DNA of 64,000 nucleotides, taken from assembly GCA_051362555.1 (NCBI GenBank), contig CM120642.1, positions 32,178,001 to 32,242,000 of the forward strand, in the 5' to 3' direction. This document shows, one piece after another, positions 62,802-64,000 of this stretch; within the stretch, counting starts at the first letter, position 1, and the number at the start of each line of letters is the position of its first letter. Below the pieces are notes generated by a model that searched no databases, had not been told where the DNA came from, and saw only the letters and a list, made by a program, of their open reading frames with translations. The DNA comes from Lingula anatina (taxonomy: Eukaryota; Animalia; Brachiopoda). A program made the position numbers and the translations under genes.

Positions 62802-63985
62802 TCATGCGCTGGGAAGCAAAGAAAATTGCTTGGATTCCATATGAATGGCGTCTGGAGCTTCTTGCAATATATTATCCAAGATGACCTCCATTAGCAAGAC
62901 CTCATTTTCTTCAAATAAAATTATCCCAGTGCCAAAGCAAGCCGTGTTATTTATGAAAAACATGTCTGAAAACAGTTGATTATACAGTAAATGAGAAAGC
63001 ATAGTTAAAAGCCTAGGTTGCTATGAAATTTTGCAACCAAAATCACTTCTCTATCCCTCCATAGTGACATTCTGCCGTCTTGGTCGACGCATACGTCTTC
63101 CAAGTCAAGGTTAGGGAAATGATAATTCAAATTTAGAACCAACGCCAATCATCAATTACAATGTGAAAGATAAACCCTACATCGTCCCAGAGGTTTTGTG
63201 GCCCTAACACAGGTCTAGTGTACCATCCCACCGTACCCCTTCCAACGGACTGGTGGCAAATATAAAACAAACGAAGGAAGTAAATTGATTACTTGGTATT
63301 TTATTCGCTCTGATTTATACAACCATTGAAACCATGATTGAATTCTCAGTCCAATTTGCATGCATGCTTAGTTTTTTTCAACTTGAAGATTTAACATTAG
63401 CAAACCTTTTGGACTAGGCTGCTATGTTGACTGTACAGAAACATTCAGCAAAGGAGAAAAAAAAAGCTGTAAAAAAACTTCCAAAGCCATCTCATCCATA
63501 AAATTTGTAAATTCGGTTTTAGTGTACAGATATTATTGTAATGGTATCCCGTGTAGTATAAACCATCATAGGAGTGGAACACAATAATCTTAACACACTG
63601 TAGTACCATGGGAAAGATAAGACATCAGAAATAACCTAACCAGGCATAAATTTTAACACGACCAGTTCACTGGCCCTACAGCACACTTCAGAGCAAAATA
63701 TATCTTATATCATAGTGTTTTAAATATAAATTATGCACAGCGACACAAATGATCTGGTGATGACAAGAGGTACAGCCACGACAATTTCTGCACACCCGTT
63801 CTGTTACCTGATCATGAGGTGCAAACACAGGACTTATTGAAGATATGCTTGGTTGTTTGATTCAGCTTCGTCACACAAGCTCCACCTGGAGAGCTACACA
63901 ATACTCCTCAGCTCCATTAAAAACTGACCTCAAAGAGACCCTTTGGCGATCAGTCTTGTTCCAACAAAAAATGGAGCTTTTATCC
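62802..63985 (-). other. Possible 3' exons of an unidentified minus-strand gene entering from the right edge
   Basis: Acceptor-flanked open segments: ttatag|GGAT (DKSSIFCWNKTDRQRVSLRSVFNGAEEYCVALQ), ccaccag|TCC (SVGRGTVGWYTRPVLGPQNLWDD) and ttttcag|AC (MFFINNTACFGTGIILFEENEVLLMEVILDNILQEAP...). I could not join the phases unambiguously and recognised no family. Confidence 0.25.
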
Positions 63986-64000
63986 CTATAATTTACAAAA

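Overview
Eukaryotic, AT-rich, intron-rich animal DNA. An invertebrate, possibly mollusc-like, source is my inference only. I assembled exons by hand using GT-AG sites and phase checks. From left to right the window holds: (1) about 17 kb of CpG-poor, largely non-coding sequence, probably the 5' introns of a minus-strand gene, with MITEs; (2) a decayed LINE endonuclease fragment; (3) a frameshifted minus-strand gene encoding signal peptide + PAN/apple + fibrinogen C-terminal domains; (4) a 6-exon divergent SLC16/MCT-like MFS transporter; (5) a 7-exon minus-strand RRM gene whose exon 5 carries a young, 5'-truncated L1/Tx1 retrotransposon with a 15-bp TSD and poly(A); (6) decayed coding relics at 39-42 kb; (7) two tandem 15-exon SLC13 Na+/carboxylate(sulfate) symporter genes. 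The most striking observation is that the L1 insertion is sense-oriented and in frame with the host exons and lacks its endonuclease. The locus can therefore encode a chimeric ~1149-aa RRM-reverse transcriptase protein.
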